A stretch of DNA of 64,000 nucleotides from a virus (taxonomy: Duplodnaviria; Heunggongvirae; Uroviricota; Caudoviricetes), in IMG/VR virus record IMGVR_UViG_3300020045_008999, positions 64,001 to 128,000 of that record; one strand, written 5' to 3'. The notes beneath the pieces are model-generated. The model saw only the letters and a program-made list of their open reading frames with translations. It was not told the DNA's origin and did no database searches. Shown here in pieces: positions 1-9,129 of this stretch (position 1 is its first letter; each line of letters starts with the position of its first letter). The position numbers and the translations under genes are program-made.

Positions 1-221
1 ATGTTCGGGTTTATGATATATTGGTTTTTTTTATTTATTACACTATTTAAGCACAATGTCTGAAAACACCACAGTCATACAACCGAACATGTGGTTAAAC
101 CACTTGAACGACTTTTTAAATGTTGTATGTATTGTATTTGTTCTCATTATTGTATATATTAACTTTTTTTTCTTCCTTTTGATTATTATAGGACAAATGT
201 ATAAAAAAGTTCTGAAATAAA

Positions 222-479
222 CTATTTTTGTGTAGATAAAAATAAAAAAGATCGTTCTATTATTTGTTCTCGATCTTCTTCTGAACACAACATTTCCTCT
301 AATAGGTAATCATCAAACTCATCAAGCCCATTCCCGGTGTTGTTTAGGTTGACTATTTTCTCTATTACCGTATTGATATCCATAGATTCTGAGCCTAAAT
401 CAGAAGTATCAAATACCAATTCACCACTGTCTAATGCTACCACTTGCTGTTCATCTTTTAAGAATGTCCATTTTTTCAT
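222..479 (-). CDS. hypothetical protein
   Basis: 85-aa acidic ORF co-oriented with the upstream gene; no recognisable motif. Confidence 0.6.
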   Translation of the reverse strand: MKKWTFLKDEQQVVALDSGELVFDTSDLGSESMDINTVIEKIVNLNNTGNGLDEFDDYLLEEMLCSEEDREQIIERSFLFLSTQK

Positions 480-508
480 GTTACTTATGTTTTACTTTGT
501 TAACTTTT

Positions 509-1336
509 TTAATGCCACCACCCGTCTGGTATAATAATTGATTGTCGGCGTTGGTGATTGAATTCTGCCAATGCATAATCCACTTTATCATCTGTCTTTA
601 GTAAATGGTAAAAATCAGTAATCATCCAAATAGTGAGTTCAAGTCCATCAACATTTGGTGAGTATCGAATATTTGGTGCATTTACTGGAATCCATTTGGC
701 TGCTTTCATAATGCCCCAATTATGATCAATATTATCCCGATCTCTTTGTAGCATTGGGACATAATCATCCGCAAATGCACTACTGGCTTCGTCATCGCGT
801 AACCATTTGGGTCTACCATTTTTATGTAAAATTTCATCCAAACGCATCGCGATTTCAACTGGTGTTTTTCCCTTCAATACCCCGTGCATCATCCGTAAAG
901 AATTTCGATTTTCTAAATATGTTCTAAGTTCCGGGAAAGTATTCCAGAGATGTTCAGCAAACATAAATTCAGTCATGGTGAGTACGGATACTTCACCACA
1001 CATTTGTGCTCTTTTACTAACATAAAACTCTTCTTCACTAAATTCAATTGACGGAATGGGAATCCCCCATAATTGGTGGAAGCAATCGTGCATTTTGAAC
1101 ATACATGTTTTCAGTGCCGAGTCTAATTCATCGACACCTACTTTTTTAGTATTGGGAATGTCCGACCACCCAATCAACCATTTACACATACCACTATCAA
1201 ACTTAACGCCAGATTCAATTATTCTTGCTACTATAGGATGCCATTCAATAGGGCATAAGATTTTCATAAATGTTTCGATGTCGTTAGACATCGAGGCTTT
1301 TATGACTGGGTGATTATTATTTATATTATTTTCCAT
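509..1336 (-). CDS. hypothetical protein (HDxxH motif)
   Basis: 275-aa ORF; MHDCFHQ could be a metal-binding helix; TATATTTG box at 1341-1348 (-). Confidence 0.75.
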   Translation of the reverse strand: MENNINNNHPVIKASMSNDIETFMKILCPIEWHPIVARIIESGVKFDSGMCKWLIGWSDIPNTKKVGVDELDSALKTCMFKMHDCFHQLWGIPIPSIEFSEEEFYVSKRAQMCGEVSVLTMTEFMFAEHLWNTFPELRTYLENRNSLRMMHGVLKGKTPVEIAMRLDEILHKNGRPKWLRDDEASSAFADDYVPMLQRDRDNIDHNWGIMKAAKWIPVNAPNIRYSPNVDGLELTIWMITDFYHLLKTDDKVDYALAEFNHQRRQSIIIPDGWWH

Positions 1337-1356
1337 AATACAAATATATAAAATAT

Positions 1357-2034
1357 TTATAACAATCCATCTTTTATTTCTTCTAATAAATCATTAAAGT
1401 TTTTCATATTCAATGTTCCATCAGTATTCCATATTTCGAAATGTCGTTGATACTTTAAAACCATTCGAATAGTTGGTGCATCACATGAAGAAATGATATT
1501 TGGTATCTGGCTTCTTTCTGATGTGATCAAATTGCCCATTAATTCAATATCGGTGTTGCCCGCAAATGTCGATATTAATCTAGGATTTTGACCAACTTGT
1601 AAGTTTCCAAGTATTTTTTCCGCGCAACCTACCAATGACTCTAAATTGTTTACAGCTACATTATAATTACCACCTACATGTATAGGTCCATCGATTAGAT
1701 TTACTATTGAATTATGAGTACATATAAAATCGCCATGTATTTTCTTCGGGCAAAATTTTAATGAAGTAATACGATTTCCTGAACAATTAAAGCTGCCACC
1801 TACATATTTAGGACATCCTTTTAAAGTAGATAATGTTTGATTCTTACATATAAAACTACCACCAACTATATTAAATTTAAGTGGAATATTTTTATACTTA
1901 TATCCTAATATAATATTCACATTACCATCAACATTAATAGTGCGGTCGCTATTAATTGTATAATTCCTAATGCCTAATTCTCTACATAATCCATCTATAG
2001 CATTTTTTTCATCCTGAGTAATTATATTCTTCAT
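1357..2034 (-). CDS. LRR-like repeat family protein
   Basis: N-cap MKNIITQDEK..ID, 22-aa GG-F-C--N-LTSL-G-P repeats, C-cap LKYQRHFEIWN..EIKDGLL. Confidence 0.9.
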   Translation of the reverse strand: MKNIITQDEKNAIDGLCRELGIRNYTINSDRTINVDGNVNIILGYKYKNIPLKFNIVGGSFICKNQTLSTLKGCPKYVGGSFNCSGNRITSLKFCPKKIHGDFICTHNSIVNLIDGPIHVGGNYNVAVNNLESLVGCAEKILGNLQVGQNPRLISTFAGNTDIELMGNLITSERSQIPNIISSCDAPTIRMVLKYQRHFEIWNTDGTLNMKNFNDLLEEIKDGLL

Positions 2035-2052
2035 TGTTTATATATAAATAAT

Positions 2053-2085
2053 AAAAAAGTCCAATACGTTAATATTGGACTTTTT
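2053..2085. terminator. intrinsic (bidirectional-type) terminator
   Basis: AAAAAAGTCCAATA-cgttaa-TATTGGACTTTTT perfect hairpin with A/T tails. Confidence 0.8.
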
Positions 2086-2103
2086 ATAAGAATTATGATT
2101 ATT

Positions 2104-2796
2104 TTATTCAATGAGCTTTCTCAATACATCTCTTAATGGGATTAGTGTATTGCTGTGAATGTGGTTATTTTGTTTAATCATGTTGTCTAGTTTGTGTATT
2201 TCGTTCAATATGTCGGCTTTCATTTTATCTAATTCATCTTTCTTAGAAGATCTGATACCCGAAACTGCTTCAATGTACTTGGCAATGATTGTCATTTTTA
2301 CCCGTGTTGCAATAAAATTGAATTTAGCATCGCCTTTTAATATTGGCCTTAGTAATGGATACATATTCACTGGTTTATCCCCCACAATTTCCGCGGCCCG
2401 CTTTACATTAATGCCATGCTCTTCCATTAGTGTTATGAAATCAATTCGTCTGAGTCGTTCGGCAGAATAGGCATTGGCTTGTGTCACAGATAGTCGCAAT
2501 TTTTCCTCATCAACTTCCACCTGGGTTTTAATTGGGTTGAATTTTTCTTTATCAACCACTACATCCCGGAGTTCGCCAATGGAATACGTTTGATCGACAC
2601 CAGGGTTTAAAATTAACGACATGCTATATTCCACATCTTTTGGTAATGAAGCTATGAATTCCATCACATCCTTATGATCAATAAGTTTAGTAATCATAAT
2701 TTCGGCACTGGCAAAGTAAGCCCCAATGTTGGATCCAATTTTACGAACGATGCCCTCTTCTAATGGGATTACTTCGATTTTTACTTGATTTGTCAT
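2104..2796 (-). CDS. hypothetical protein
   Basis: 230-aa ORF ending just before the 2053-2085 terminator. Confidence 0.75.
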   Translation of the reverse strand: MTNQVKIEVIPLEEGIVRKIGSNIGAYFASAEIMITKLIDHKDVMEFIASLPKDVEYSMSLILNPGVDQTYSIGELRDVVVDKEKFNPIKTQVEVDEEKLRLSVTQANAYSAERLRRIDFITLMEEHGINVKRAAEIVGDKPVNMYPLLRPILKGDAKFNFIATRVKMTIIAKYIEAVSGIRSSKKDELDKMKADILNEIHKLDNMIKQNNHIHSNTLIPLRDVLRKLIE

Positions 2797-3090
2797 TTTT
2801 GTATTAATTTAAAATAATATATTTTTATATATAAATATAATCAATAATACAACAAAATCCTATAACTTTAACAAAAATTTATTATTATTGTATTAATTAA
2901 CTGATGATTTATAACAGTGATGGTAAATTAGAAACTTGATTTGGAGTGACTTATAACCGGTTCATTTAATAATTAGTACGCGTAGGTGCCTCTGAATGTG
3001 TATGTAGTTGGCGGGATATTTATGAATTTTAATTTGGAAATGTGGATTATAATCAGTATTTTTACTAATTATAATAACATCTTATAATTT

Positions 3091-3600
3091 ATGACACAGA
3101 ATATAATCGAACAATGGAAGTTTCTTTATGATAGTCGATATTACCAAATATCTAACTTGGGAAATATACGAAGTATTGATCGCGTTACGACATCTAGGAA
3201 TGGGAATCAGGTCTCTCGATCCGGCAGGGTCCTAAGAGTGCGTCGAACCAAAAATGATCCACATATATTCACGTCGGTATCATTTGGTTTTGATGAGTTG
3301 GGTAACAACCTATCATCAACAGTTTACATACATAAGGCAGTAGCCGACCATTTTGTACCAAAACCATTTATGCATGATGTTGGCAGTACACTTACTAATT
3401 ATCAATATGCTACACATATTGAACCGGATTATGAGAATAACACCGAAAGCAATATAATGTGGATTACGTACTATGAACTTATGGAACGGCAGCCACATCG
3501 ACCGGGTGCCGCTCACCGATCTTGGAAAACTCGCCGCGAATTATACGGTAAATCAGGAACTAATAAATTATCAAAAAACAAAAAGCATTCTTTAGTTTAA
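3091..3600 (+). CDS. NUMOD4-domain protein with degenerate HNH motif
   Basis: EQWK..YQISNLGNIRS (NUMOD4); VYIHKAVADHF..THIEPDYENN..NIMW resembles an HNH endonuclease core with substitutions. Confidence 0.75.
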   Translation: MTQNIIEQWKFLYDSRYYQISNLGNIRSIDRVTTSRNGNQVSRSGRVLRVRRTKNDPHIFTSVSFGFDELGNNLSSTVYIHKAVADHFVPKPFMHDVGSTLTNYQYATHIEPDYENNTESNIMWITYYELMERQPHRPGAAHRSWKTRRELYGKSGTNKLSKNKKHSLV

Positions 3601-3613
3601 AGAATGCTTTTTT
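3580..3613. terminator. bidirectional terminator
   Basis: AAAAAGCATTCTTT-agttt-AAAGAATGCTTTTTT between convergent genes. Confidence 0.8.
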
Positions 3614-3614
3614 A

Positions 3615-4010
3615 TTATTGGTTAATATTTATGATTTTAATATTTTCCACACCGGCTAAATACATCGCCATCAATTTGTGGTTGCCATCAATTACTACAT
3701 TCGTATCTAAGTCAACTATGATTGGTTTATTTTTAACTGAATCAATATTTGTGATAAATTGAGATACTAATTCTCGTTGCCATTTTTCAGCATTTTGATC
3801 ATAATTAGATATGAAATTCGGGGTACAAAACTTTCGGATGGGTGAAGTAGCAACACCGAAATCTATATTTTCAAAATCTATTTGTCCTATGAATTGCCAA
3901 ATTAATTCAGTATCATCCGGGTAACATCCAAACACATCAATTAATTTCATTTCATTGATGTGTTTATAAATTACTAAAAAGTCAGTTATTTTAGTTTTTA
4001 TATAAGTCAT
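3615..4010 (-). CDS. ParB/Srx N-terminal-like domain protein
   Basis: PIIVDLDTNVVIDGNHKLMA motif typical of the ParB-N fold. Confidence 0.65.
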   Translation of the reverse strand: MTYIKTKITDFLVIYKHINEMKLIDVFGCYPDDTELIWQFIGQIDFENIDFGVATSPIRKFCTPNFISNYDQNAEKWQRELVSQFITNIDSVKNKPIIVDLDTNVVIDGNHKLMAMYLAGVENIKIININQ

Positions 4011-4046
4011 AATAGGTATTGCTAATTATACTTATATATAAAATAA

Positions 4047-4643
4047 CTATTGCCATTTATCATTCAACATAGTCATCATTGAATTTCGAATTACTACTTC
4101 ACCAATTTTACCAATCGCTGCTTCCATTGAATCGTATTGAGCCTGTGATGTAATTGTAGTGTTGTTTAATTTCTCTATTAATTTTTCTACATGTGATTTT
4201 CCAAAATTAGAAACATTTGTCCCATCGGCCACATCTTTGAACAATTCATTTTCAATTAATTCATAACGAATATCATGAATATTGGCCATTAATGTTTTGA
4301 TCGGGCATGGTACAATTTTTCCAGATTCCGTCATTACTCGAACATTATCACCAACCATTTGTGTGATAATTTCGTTGCTGGTAGTAATGATTAATGCTTC
4401 GCTATATTTAGGTGAAGCAACAATCATAGCTATCAGTGATGATAAACTTGAAACCGGCATAGTATTCTCCGGAAATACAAAAGTATTATTTGCCCATTCT
4501 AGATTATCTTCAAAATAAGCGGACGTGTGGTATGGTGCAACTAAACATTTTATAACCTTACCGTCATAAAACATTTTAGTAGTGCTTTCTTGATTCGCGT
4601 CCATTTGAAATATTGCTGCGGGAATTTTACTAGTTGTGTTCAT
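4047..4643 (-). CDS. hypothetical protein
   Basis: 198-aa ORF with TATATTTG box at 4666-4673 (-). Confidence 0.75.
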   Translation of the reverse strand: MNTTSKIPAAIFQMDANQESTTKMFYDGKVIKCLVAPYHTSAYFEDNLEWANNTFVFPENTMPVSSLSSLIAMIVASPKYSEALIITTSNEIITQMVGDNVRVMTESGKIVPCPIKTLMANIHDIRYELIENELFKDVADGTNVSNFGKSHVEKLIEKLNNTTITSQAQYDSMEAAIGKIGEVVIRNSMMTMLNDKWQ

Positions 4644-4708
4644 TTTTATATGTTTAGAATTTTTACAAATATAATACTAAAATAATTATTTTATACCATT
4701 TTTTGCAT

Positions 4709-4716
4709 TATATTTG
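4709..4716 (+). promoter_or_regulatory. Bacteroidota-type -7 promoter box TAnnTTTG
   Basis: TATATTTG about 30 nt upstream of ATG 4748; motif recurs before many genes. Confidence 0.65.
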
Positions 4717-4747
4717 TGCGTTGAAAAATATTTAAAAATAAACAAAT

Positions 4748-5233
4748 ATGGAAAGTGCTATAAAAATGGAATACATGGGATTGGTTAATTTCACAACCCC
4801 TGATGGATCTAAACAAAAAATTTATAGAGATTTGGTTCTCAAAACAAACACCTCGTTAGTTTCAGAATCAACTGATGATCTAGAAGAATCTATTGAATAC
4901 CTTGGCGAAGTGCAAACACTAAAATTTAAAAAAGGTGATAGCGTAGGTTTTTTATATTGTGCGGATGATTTCGATGACAGCATTTATGACACTGCGTATA
5001 GTTTAGACGCACAAATCACGTTTATCAATGAGGGCTCAATTCAACATAACGGGGAAGATGATGCAAGTGGTGAGGTGAATAGTTATGTCATTATGTTAAA
5101 CGATGAAAAATTTCTATCAGATAGCGGGGAGTTTTCAATAATCACTAAAGAAAATCAAGATAAATCCGAGTTGGATAATATCAATAAGGCTCTTGGCAAA
5201 GATTTCAAAGCAATAATTTGGTCGATGGTGTAG
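4748..5233 (+). CDS. hypothetical protein
   Basis: 161-aa acidic ORF after promoter box. Confidence 0.7.
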   Translation: MESAIKMEYMGLVNFTTPDGSKQKIYRDLVLKTNTSLVSESTDDLEESIEYLGEVQTLKFKKGDSVGFLYCADDFDDSIYDTAYSLDAQITFINEGSIQHNGEDDASGEVNSYVIMLNDEKFLSDSGEFSIITKENQDKSELDNINKALGKDFKAIIWSMV

Positions 5234-5309
5234 TACCCGGCTGGTTTTCTGTTGTGTAAGAAAACCCAAATGTAATGGATTCAGAACAATAAAAACTAAA
5301 TACAAGATT

Positions 5310-5717
5310 ATGCCAAAATCAAATAGTCAAGAAGAGGTTAGTAAGCAAGCAGTTGTAAGTATTTCGGCTGGATTATCAGGGAAAGCGAAAGAAGCGTTTG
5401 AAGATTGGTTATTTACAACTCGAAATGAAGAAATAATCGATGGTGAAGCAAAATATGATCTATATTACATGTTTATGTATATGTTGCCAGAAACTTGTAA
5501 AAACGCATTGATAATAGAATGGTTCGACAGCGAGGAAATATATTGTTATTTTGATTGTCAATGGAGTAGCATTTATAATATATGGTGGAGATTTCATTTA
5601 TCTGGTAAAAGGATAAAAGAGAATATAGTAGTTAGCGATTTTAAAAATAGGCAAGATGCTATAAATGCAAGTATTGAAAAGGCAGTAGAAATCTACAATA
5701 CGGAATCTGGATACTAA
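5310..5717 (+). CDS. hypothetical protein, paralog of 23499..23864
   Basis: Shared FExWL / IxEWFD / AxxxAIExAxxxYN pattern. Confidence 0.7.
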   Translation: MPKSNSQEEVSKQAVVSISAGLSGKAKEAFEDWLFTTRNEEIIDGEAKYDLYYMFMYMLPETCKNALIIEWFDSEEIYCYFDCQWSSIYNIWWRFHLSGKRIKENIVVSDFKNRQDAINASIEKAVEIYNTESGY

Positions 5718-5790
5718 CATATTGTGTAAATTTGTTATAAATATTAGAAAAATTACAAAAGGAAGTAGAATAAATTAATATATACTAAAT

Positions 5791-5862
5791 ATGAAAACTA
5801 TTAACAACACATCTAGTTCGTCAAGACGCTCAATTCCGAGTGAGGTTCATCTGTGTTTATAA
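5791..5862 (+). CDS. putative attenuator leader peptide (MKTINNTSSSSRRSIPSEVHLCL)
   Basis: 23-codon ORF not in the track; TCT AGT TCG TCA AGA CGC TCA run; AATATATA motif at 5777-5784 upstream; terminator and tRNA genes downstream. Confidence 0.7.
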   Translation: MKTINNTSSSSRRSIPSEVHLCL

Positions 5863-5881
5863 TAATCATAAAAATATTATC

Positions 5882-5915
5882 AAACCCCTTGGACTAAAAA
5901 TTCAAGGGGTTTTTT
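5882..5915 (+). terminator. intrinsic terminator (attenuator) upstream of tRNA cluster
   Basis: AAACCCCTTG / CAAGGGGTTT 10-bp stem followed by T tract, 12 nt before the first tRNA. Confidence 0.85.
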
Positions 5916-5927
5916 GTTATAAAAAAT

Positions 5928-6021
5928 GGAGAAATAAGCCGAAAGATTCTGGGTATCGGCAGCATTCTTGAAAAATGTTAATCCTTTAAAGGGTGTGCGG
6001 GTTCGAATCCCGCTTTCTCCG
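5928..6021 (+). tRNA. tRNA-Ser (anticodon UGA)
   Basis: GGAGAAA/TTTCTCC acceptor, GCATT-CTTGAAA-AATGT anticodon arm, long variable arm, GGTTCGAATCC T arm; enlarged D loop. Confidence 0.85.
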
Positions 6022-6026
6022 CAAAT

Positions 6027-6099
6027 AGTTCCAAAGCTCAAATGGACGAGTCCCCGAATACGGATCGGGTGGTTGTGGGTTCGAATCCCATTGGAACTT
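6027..6099 (+). tRNA. tRNA-Arg (anticodon ACG)
   Basis: AGTTCCA/TGGAACT acceptor, GCTC/GAGT D stem, CCCGA-ATACGGA-TCGGG anticodon arm, GTGGG-TTCGAAT-CCCAT T arm; atypical A8 and A32. Confidence 0.8.
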
Positions 6100-6107
6100 C
6101 TAAATAT

Positions 6108-6193
6108 AGGGAAGTAAGCATAGTGGTACTGCAGCGGTTTGCTAAATCGTTCACCGTTCATTCGGTGCGTGGGTTCGAGTCCCACTTTCTCTG
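6108..6193 (+). tRNA. tRNA-Ser (anticodon GCU)
   Basis: AGGGAAG/TTTCTCT acceptor, GCGGT-TTGCTAA-ATCGT anticodon arm, long variable arm, GTGGG-TTCGAGT-CCCAC T arm. Confidence 0.85.
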
Positions 6194-6260
6194 CTAATTT
6201 TTAGTATCATTGTCATTTATTTTATGTATTTTTGTTGTGAAATTAATTTAATTAAATAGT

Positions 6261-6785
6261 ATGGAAAAATTATTTGACGACACGTCGTTTATTGTGGATA
6301 AAAGGCCTTTGGAAATCACCGAGCAGCAAAGAGAATCAATGTTTATAACTTTGGCAAACCAAGTTATTGAATATAATTATTCTAATGATGATGTTGAGAC
6401 CATTGCATATGATTTAGCGCAATTATCAAAGTATGATACTGGATTTGATAGAGCAAAGGATTTGGAAGATAACGGGAATGGTGATTATACATTTGATGGT
6501 GAATTCATAAGTTGGTTGGATAATATGGATTACGAAGAACGATCAATTTTATCAAAAAATGTAAAGTTATGGGTGAGCGTATATAACCCGCAACCTAAAT
6601 TTGAAATAGGTGATGAATTGATAATAAATTCAAGGCTGAACTCAAAAATGCCTGTGGGTTTGGTAATTTATATCACCAGCTTTCTAATGGAAGAAGCATT
6701 GTATACAGTTTCTGCCAATAAAGATGAACAAGGTGGGTATATGATACCATTCGAATACGTAGAGGATAAATGTCGTAAGCTATAA
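6261..6785 (+). CDS. hypothetical protein
   Basis: 174-aa ORF followed by terminator hairpin. Confidence 0.75.
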   Translation: MEKLFDDTSFIVDKRPLEITEQQRESMFITLANQVIEYNYSNDDVETIAYDLAQLSKYDTGFDRAKDLEDNGNGDYTFDGEFISWLDNMDYEERSILSKNVKLWVSVYNPQPKFEIGDELIINSRLNSKMPVGLVIYITSFLMEEALYTVSANKDEQGGYMIPFEYVEDKCRKL

Positions 6786-6797
6786 ATACTATAACCA

Positions 6798-6825
6798 AAA
6801 TAAAGAACCTAATGGTTCTTTATTT
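6798..6825. terminator. bidirectional terminator
   Basis: AAATAAAGAACC-taat-GGTTCTTTATTT between convergent genes. Confidence 0.75.
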
Positions 6826-7014
6826 AATTGTATCGAAGTATTCTCTTATCTCATTTTCATATTCTGGATGCATTTCAATATAAACTTCCAGTTTATCTAA
6901 TTTATCTTCTAAATTGTTTGATTTTGACATGTCTATGTCTGAATAAATGTCATTTAGAATTATATCTAAATCATTAGTATGAGTGCTCTCATTAAATCGC
7001 TTAAGGTGTTTCAT
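6820..7014 (-). CDS. small protein with capsid-targeting-like N terminus
   Basis: Starts MKHLKRFNES; AATATATA motif upstream. Confidence 0.65.
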   Translation of the reverse strand: MKHLKRFNESTHTNDLDIILNDIYSDIDMSKSNNLEDKLDKLEVYIEMHPEYENEIREYFDTIK

Positions 7015-7068
7015 GATTATTTGTTATTTAGTGTATATATTAATTATGTTACGTGCTTTTTGTATAAA

Positions 7069-7617
7069 TTATTCTTTAAATTTTTTAAAAATATATCTGT
7101 GCAAATCGTCGTAACCTAAATTAGGCGAAATTGTTTTTATTGGATTAATTTTTATTTCTAATTCAATATTGAGGGGTTTATTTAATATTTTAGCGGCCAT
7201 ATATCGGTGGTGTCCGTCTTCTATATAAAAACCCCTTTCATGATCTTCATCTTCCCAATAAGAAACATCTATTGGTTCACTTAAATTTATTTTAGATGCC
7301 CATTTAATATTCGATAATCCACTTTGTTTTATTTCCCATTCTACATTCTCTAGATCTTCTACCCATTTTATTTTTAATTCAGATGGCATTAGTTGCTGGA
7401 CATCATCTATATAAAACCCAAATGCTATTCGGTATAATAATTTATTTGAAATTCCACCACTTCGTAATAGTTCTTCATCTGTATTAAATGGTAATAATTC
7501 AGCTTTTAAATCATCAAAATATTTTGAATTTATGTCAGTATTGATATTTGAATTTTCCTTCAAATATTCAAGTAGTGATGTATGTATTGCCTTACCTAAA
7601 TTAAATCGGTTCTTCAT
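7069..7617 (-). CDS. ParB N-terminal-like domain protein
   Basis: EPIDVS..FYIEDGHHRYMAAKIL motif. Confidence 0.7.
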   Translation of the reverse strand: MKNRFNLGKAIHTSLLEYLKENSNINTDINSKYFDDLKAELLPFNTDEELLRSGGISNKLLYRIAFGFYIDDVQQLMPSELKIKWVEDLENVEWEIKQSGLSNIKWASKINLSEPIDVSYWEDEDHERGFYIEDGHHRYMAAKILNKPLNIELEIKINPIKTISPNLGYDDLHRYIFKKFKE

Positions 7618-7710
7618 AATAATATATTTACCAGTATATATAAAATATTTGTAACACTTTCACAACAATAGTAATGTATTTCAGTATATATAATATAAAA
7701 ATATATTATT

Positions 7711-8394
7711 ATGAAATACGTTGGTTCCAAGAATAGATATGCTAAAGCCATATTACCAATTATACTAAAAGGTCGCGGGGATTTACAATATGTAGAACCA
7801 TTTTGTGGTGGTTGTAATTTAATAGATAAAGTAGGAGGTCTGAGACTGGCGAATGATATTAATGGTCCACTTATATCATTGTTGCAAATGTTGGCCGGTG
7901 GATGGTCACCACCACCAGTTACCAAAGAAATGTATAAAACAATACAACATAATAAAGATAGTTACCCAGATTATTTGGTTGCTTATGTTGGATATCAATT
8001 ATCATTTGGTGCAAAGTATTTTGGGGGATATCGATCTGATAAAAGTGGTAAACGGGATTATAGCATAGAGGCTCAAACTAATGTTTTGAAACAAGCTCCC
8101 AATTTAGTTGGTATACAATTTAGTAATATGAATTACTACGATATGGTACTTGAGTCAAAATCGATAATATATTGTGATCCACCATACCGCAATGTCATGG
8201 GTTATGGTATTGAATTTGATCATGATCAATTTTATGACTGGTGTAGAAGTATGAAAAAAGATGGCCATATTGTATATGTGTCCGAATACGATATGCCTGA
8301 TGACTTCACCTGTGTTTGGGAAGTAGAAGTCAATCATAGCATAGACAGTTCAAATAAAATAAAGAAAGCTACTGAACGTTTATTTAAGTTGTAA
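7711..8394 (+). CDS. dam: DNA adenine methyltransferase (Dam/D12 class)
   Basis: KYVGSK, YVEPFCGG, LANDIN and YCDPPY motifs. Confidence 0.85.
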   Translation: MKYVGSKNRYAKAILPIILKGRGDLQYVEPFCGGCNLIDKVGGLRLANDINGPLISLLQMLAGGWSPPPVTKEMYKTIQHNKDSYPDYLVAYVGYQLSFGAKYFGGYRSDKSGKRDYSIEAQTNVLKQAPNLVGIQFSNMNYYDMVLESKSIIYCDPPYRNVMGYGIEFDHDQFYDWCRSMKKDGHIVYVSEYDMPDDFTCVWEVEVNHSIDSSNKIKKATERLFKL

Positions 8395-9039
8395 CATGGA
8401 AATGTGCATTAAGTGGCGACCACTTGTATAATACATTTCATTTAAAATTTTATATTTTAATTTTTTTAGAAACTTTGTACTATTTTTATCAATGCGATGA
8501 GTTAGTAAGATGGTATTGACTATTAATTGATTTATATCATTTACCCGACCAATTGTAAGTCGCCCTTCGAAATCTAAATTGATCGAATCGTCTGGTTTGT
8601 GAGGGAATTTAAATACATCACATCGAATTGCATCATTTACCAGTGGGGATTGGTCTATTTTAATTACTTCTTTGTCATTAATATAATTTACACAATGGGC
8701 CGTTGTTCCCGCTAAAGTGATCAAACGTTTGCCTGGTAATGACTGCAACCATTCGAAATACTCGGATGGTTTATCATAATTGTGTATTATATTATCAGAC
8801 TTACCAAGCATCCAATAAACCCCGCTTCCAATAAAGACCCGGTGATAATCTTTTAATAGGAATTCATATTTGTGTGCTGTTCTGAAAAAAGTACCTCTAA
8901 ATGATTCATAGGACCCCTTGGTTGGGTTGTTTTCATTGTAATATGATTTGGAAAGGTCTCTCAAAATATCACATTGTCTTATTGGTTCATCTTTTATATG
9001 TGTTTTGAAATACTGAAGAACGTGTTGTTTCATTGTCAT
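8380..9039 (-). CDS. hypothetical protein, possible SAM-dependent methyltransferase-like C terminus
   Basis: 219 aa; LITLAG..IKID..CDVF..INLDF loosely fits a class I MTase core; promoter box 9067-9074 (-). Confidence 0.5.
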   Translation of the reverse strand: MTMKQHVLQYFKTHIKDEPIRQCDILRDLSKSYYNENNPTKGSYESFRGTFFRTAHKYEFLLKDYHRVFIGSGVYWMLGKSDNIIHNYDKPSEYFEWLQSLPGKRLITLAGTTAHCVNYINDKEVIKIDQSPLVNDAIRCDVFKFPHKPDDSINLDFEGRLTIGRVNDINQLIVNTILLTHRIDKNSTKFLKKLKYKILNEMYYTSGRHLMHISMLQLK

Positions 9040-9129
9040 AGTTGAATTGGTATTTTTAATTTATTACAAATATATTAAAAATATCAAATAAACCTTATGA
9101 ATATTACTATTAATATATGAATTATTTAA

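Noticed and set aside
5880-6185. 101-aa minus-strand ORF
   Set aside because: Antisense read-through of the three tRNA genes.
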